34,077 nucleotides of DNA from Octopus bimaculoides (taxonomy: Eukaryota), in the NCBI RefSeq assembly GCF_001194135.2, contig NC_069009.1, positions 694,718-728,794 of the forward strand. The letters are read 5' to 3'. Below are positions 31,432-34,077 of the stretch, in pieces. The notes beneath the pieces were generated by a model. The model was not told where the DNA came from, did no database searches, and was given only the letters and a program-made list of their open reading frames with translations. Positions within the stretch are counted from its first letter, which is position 1; each line of letters begins with the position of its first letter. A program made the position numbers and the translations under genes.

Positions 31432-32902
31432 TCAGGTCATCCCATAAGTTCTGTCCGAATTTTGTATAAGGAAAACAAATGAGCAAGACTTCCTTCAATC
31501 TATTTACAAGCTTTTTAATCCATCAACATAAAACTCTTTTGGTTTCAAAGCGAAGAACTCTGAAATGTCAGTTTCGACCTCCTCCTGACTTGCGAAAGTT
31601 TTGTCCCCCTAAATGATTCTGTAAACTACGAAACAAATGGTAGTCTGAAGGAGCAAGGTCGGGAGAAGAGGGTGGATGAGGGATTTTTTCTCAACCAAGC
31701 TCTTCGATCTTCTGTGAGGCGATCTTTGCAGTGTGGAGTCGCACATTGTCCTGATGAAACATCACTCCTTTTAGATTCACTAAAGTGGGTCTTTTTTTCT
31801 TCAAAGCTTGGTTCAAATGCTCTAATCGATGACNNNNNNNNNNNNNNNNNNNNNNNNNNNNNNNNNNNNNNNNNNNNNNNNNNNNNNNNNNNNNNNNNNN
31901 NNNNNNNNNNNNNNNNNNNNNNNNNNNNNNNNNNNNNNNNNNNNNNNNNNNNNNNNNNNNNNNNNNNNNNNNNNNNNNNNNNNNNNNNNNNNNNNNNNNN
32001 NNNNNNNNNNNNNNNNNNNNNNNNNNNNNNNNNNNNNNNNNNNNNNNNNNNNNNNNNNNNNNNNNNNNNNNNNNNNNNNNNNNNNNNNNNNNNNNNNNNN
32101 NNNNNNNNNNNNNNNNNNNNNNNNNNNNNNNNNNNNNNNNNNNNNNNNNNNNNNNNNNNNNNNNNNNNNNNNNNNNNNNNNNNNNNNNNNNNNNNNNNNN
32201 NNNNNNNNNNNNNNNNNNNNNNNNNNNNNNNNNNNNNNNNNNNNNNNNNNNNNNNNNNNNNNNNNNNNNNNNNNNNNNNNNNNNNNNNNNNNNNNNNNNN
32301 NNNNNNNNNNNNNNNNNNNNNNNNNNNNNNNNNNNNNNNNNNNNNNNNNNNNNNNNNNNNNNNNNNNNNNNNNNNNNNNNNNNNNNNNNNNNNNNNNNNN
32401 NNNNNNNNNNNNNNNNNNNNNNNNNNNNNNNNNNNNNNNNNNNNNNNNNNNNNNNNNNNNNNNNNNNNNNNNNNNNNNNNNNNNNNNNNNNNNNNNNNNN
32501 NNNNNNNNNNNNNNNNNNNNGGACGTCCTGTTCGATCTTCATCTTCAAGGCTGAAATCTCCACTTCTGAATTTTGAAAGCCATCTTCTGCAAATTCTTTC
32601 ATTCAAGCATTCTTTCCCATAAACTGAGTGTATATTTCGAGTCGCTTCGGCTGCAGAGTTTCCTTTTTTGTACTCATAAAGCATTATGTTCCTCAAATGC
32701 TCTTTGGCTACTTCCATGTTAGAAAGAGTTTTAATCAAAGAAATTTTAATTCCTATTATTCTGTAAAATAATATTTAATTAGTTTAAATGTACACAAATG
32801 CATAAAAATAATTTTAAATTCCATTAGACATTCTAAAATACAATTAAATTTCATTCAATTTAAAAAAAAGTAAAATCGGACTGAATTTATGCTATGACCT
32901 GA
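31432..32902 (-). mobile_element. Full-length mariner transposon with both TIRs and TA target duplication; transposase inactivated
   Basis: TA-tcaggtcatcccataagttctgtccga at 31430 versus the reverse complement TA-tcaggtcatagcataaattcagtccga at 32904. Transposase from MEVAKEHLRNIMLYEY (32717); C-terminus FHQDNVRLH..LG*EKIPHPPSSPDLAPSDYHLFRSLQNHL with a W-to-stop change and a late frameshift. Middle lies in gap 31834-32520. Confidence 0.93.
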
Positions 32903-33089
32903 TATGTACAAAGAATTTTATTCATCTTAATGACTGTGCATTTGTATTTTCAATCCTGAAGCTGTTTTACACAGTTGATCACAAGTTGCACATTTTAAAC
33001 TAGCGTTACTTTCAGCAATATGAGCAGTTATGGCAGCATTTGATCTGGCGATAAAGTCACAATTGAGACAGTAATGATTTCCAAGAGGT

Positions 33090-33410
33090 GAAGGCGTGCG
33101 GCTAAGTGGTTAGGGTATTCGGCTTAGAATGGTAAGGTCATGAGTTCGGTACCTGGCGGTGCATTGTGACCCAGAGCAAGACACTTTATTTTACATTACT
33201 CCAATCCACTCAGCTGGAAAATATGAGTTGTATCTGTAATTCAAAGTACCAGCCTTCTAACATTCTGTTTCGCGCTGAAGCTCTCTGAGGACTACGTTAA
33301 AGATAAGTGCGTCTGTGGAGTATTCAGCTACTTGCTCGTTCATTTCACGAGCGGGCTTTTCAGTAGATCGGATTTAGTAGAAACCCATCGTCGTAATCGA
33401 CGGAGTGCTA
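33090..33410 (+). mobile_element. Older SINE sharing the 3' tail of the 30298 element
   Basis: tRNA-like head (ggctaagtggttaggg..gagttcggtacc); tail tgtaattcaaag..cagcctt..ctacgttaa..gtctgtggagt..atttcacgagc..gatcggat..cgtcgtaa..ggagtgc aligns with 30490-30655. Confidence 0.75.
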
Positions 33411-34077
33411 GTAGCATTGATTTGCAAAATTATTTGCATTTTGAAAATTTCGCTTTCTATCTTCAAGCAATTGATTTTGATAAAGGATTCGGCGATATTT
33501 CTAGTCAGGGCGCCAAAATAAATTGGAGTTTATCCGTTTTGACGGGGATTTTTCTAGTTTCTATTTTCACCACGGCCTTCGAAATGGTGGTGGTGGTTCT
33601 TTTTATAAAAAAACAAAAATTCTGAAAATTTACGAATTGTTCTTTCATTTCACCTTCCCCCAATCTATCCCATCCGGACCGATTTTGGCCAATATTTTTG
33701 ACATTACGCACTCAAAAGCCATGCAAGAACCCTTTTCAATAAAAAGAGAAATTTTCTAATTATTTTCCGACGAACAGTTGTTTGATTTAAGGGAGATTTG
33801 ACTGTGATTTCTTTCACATCCCACGTCCTCCTTCCTCGTTTCTTTGTCTCTCTCACATGCATTGGTGGTTTACAATATTTTCTTCCCATAAACACATTTA
33901 TGCTAAAACAGTTTTTAAATTTTATGATTTTTGCACCTCATCCTCCCATTTTTGGTTTATAATTTTAAAATATTGGAGGGTCTTTGAAGGTTATAGCTAT
34001 GATTTATCTACAGGGATTAAAAAAAATTCTGTTAGTAAATGTGTTTTTTTCACCCCACCACACACAGACACACACAA

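Noticed and set aside
18019-32622. Long ORF-track entries made mostly of X (e.g. 18019-18732, 21296-21982, 30933-31164, 31672-32622, 31829-32554)
   Set aside because: They are artefacts of reading through N gaps and (TA)n microsatellites and carry no coding evidence.
33420-34077. Probable DNA-transposon or Helitron-like fragment at the window end
   Set aside because: Composition looks repeat-like, but no termini, second copy or protein motif is visible, so no call is supportable.

Overview
AT-rich eukaryotic scaffold with eight N gaps. It holds a tandem cluster of six C2H2 zinc-finger (ZNF) genes, each with its finger array in a single exon and no recognisable KRAB/SCAN/ZAD/BTB domain, among SINE-like repeats, RTE-LINE fragments and two dead mariner transposons. 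The repeat families and ZNF style resemble an octopus/coleoid ZNF cluster; this comes from recall and is not verified. The genes form two subfamilies: type A (C-D-I-C fingers, 31-33 aa leader; A1 2805-3485 -, A2 12027-12800 +, A3 23861-25300 -) and type B (C-E-I-C fingers, DEKPL-containing leader; B1 7622-8683 +, B2 17520->18982 +, B3 28343-29896 +). The main unexplained structure is that the duplicated unit appears to be a head-to-head A<-->B cassette sharing a 0.7-1.0 kb putative bidirectional promoter. Three such junctions exist: two complete, and one (upstream of B2) keeping an orphan type-A first exon with no gene body. Other notable points: B1/B2 carry a variable coding 33-bp (11-aa) minisatellite tail apparently derived from a zinc-finger linker; four genes trail decayed fingers after their stops, with a stop shared by A2 and A3; B3 is built largely from a two-finger (168-bp) unit; and all type-A leaders conserve a psi-K-x-E motif. 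Exon and promoter calls rest on sequence homology and splice consensus only, with no expression data. All alignments and counts were made by eye.
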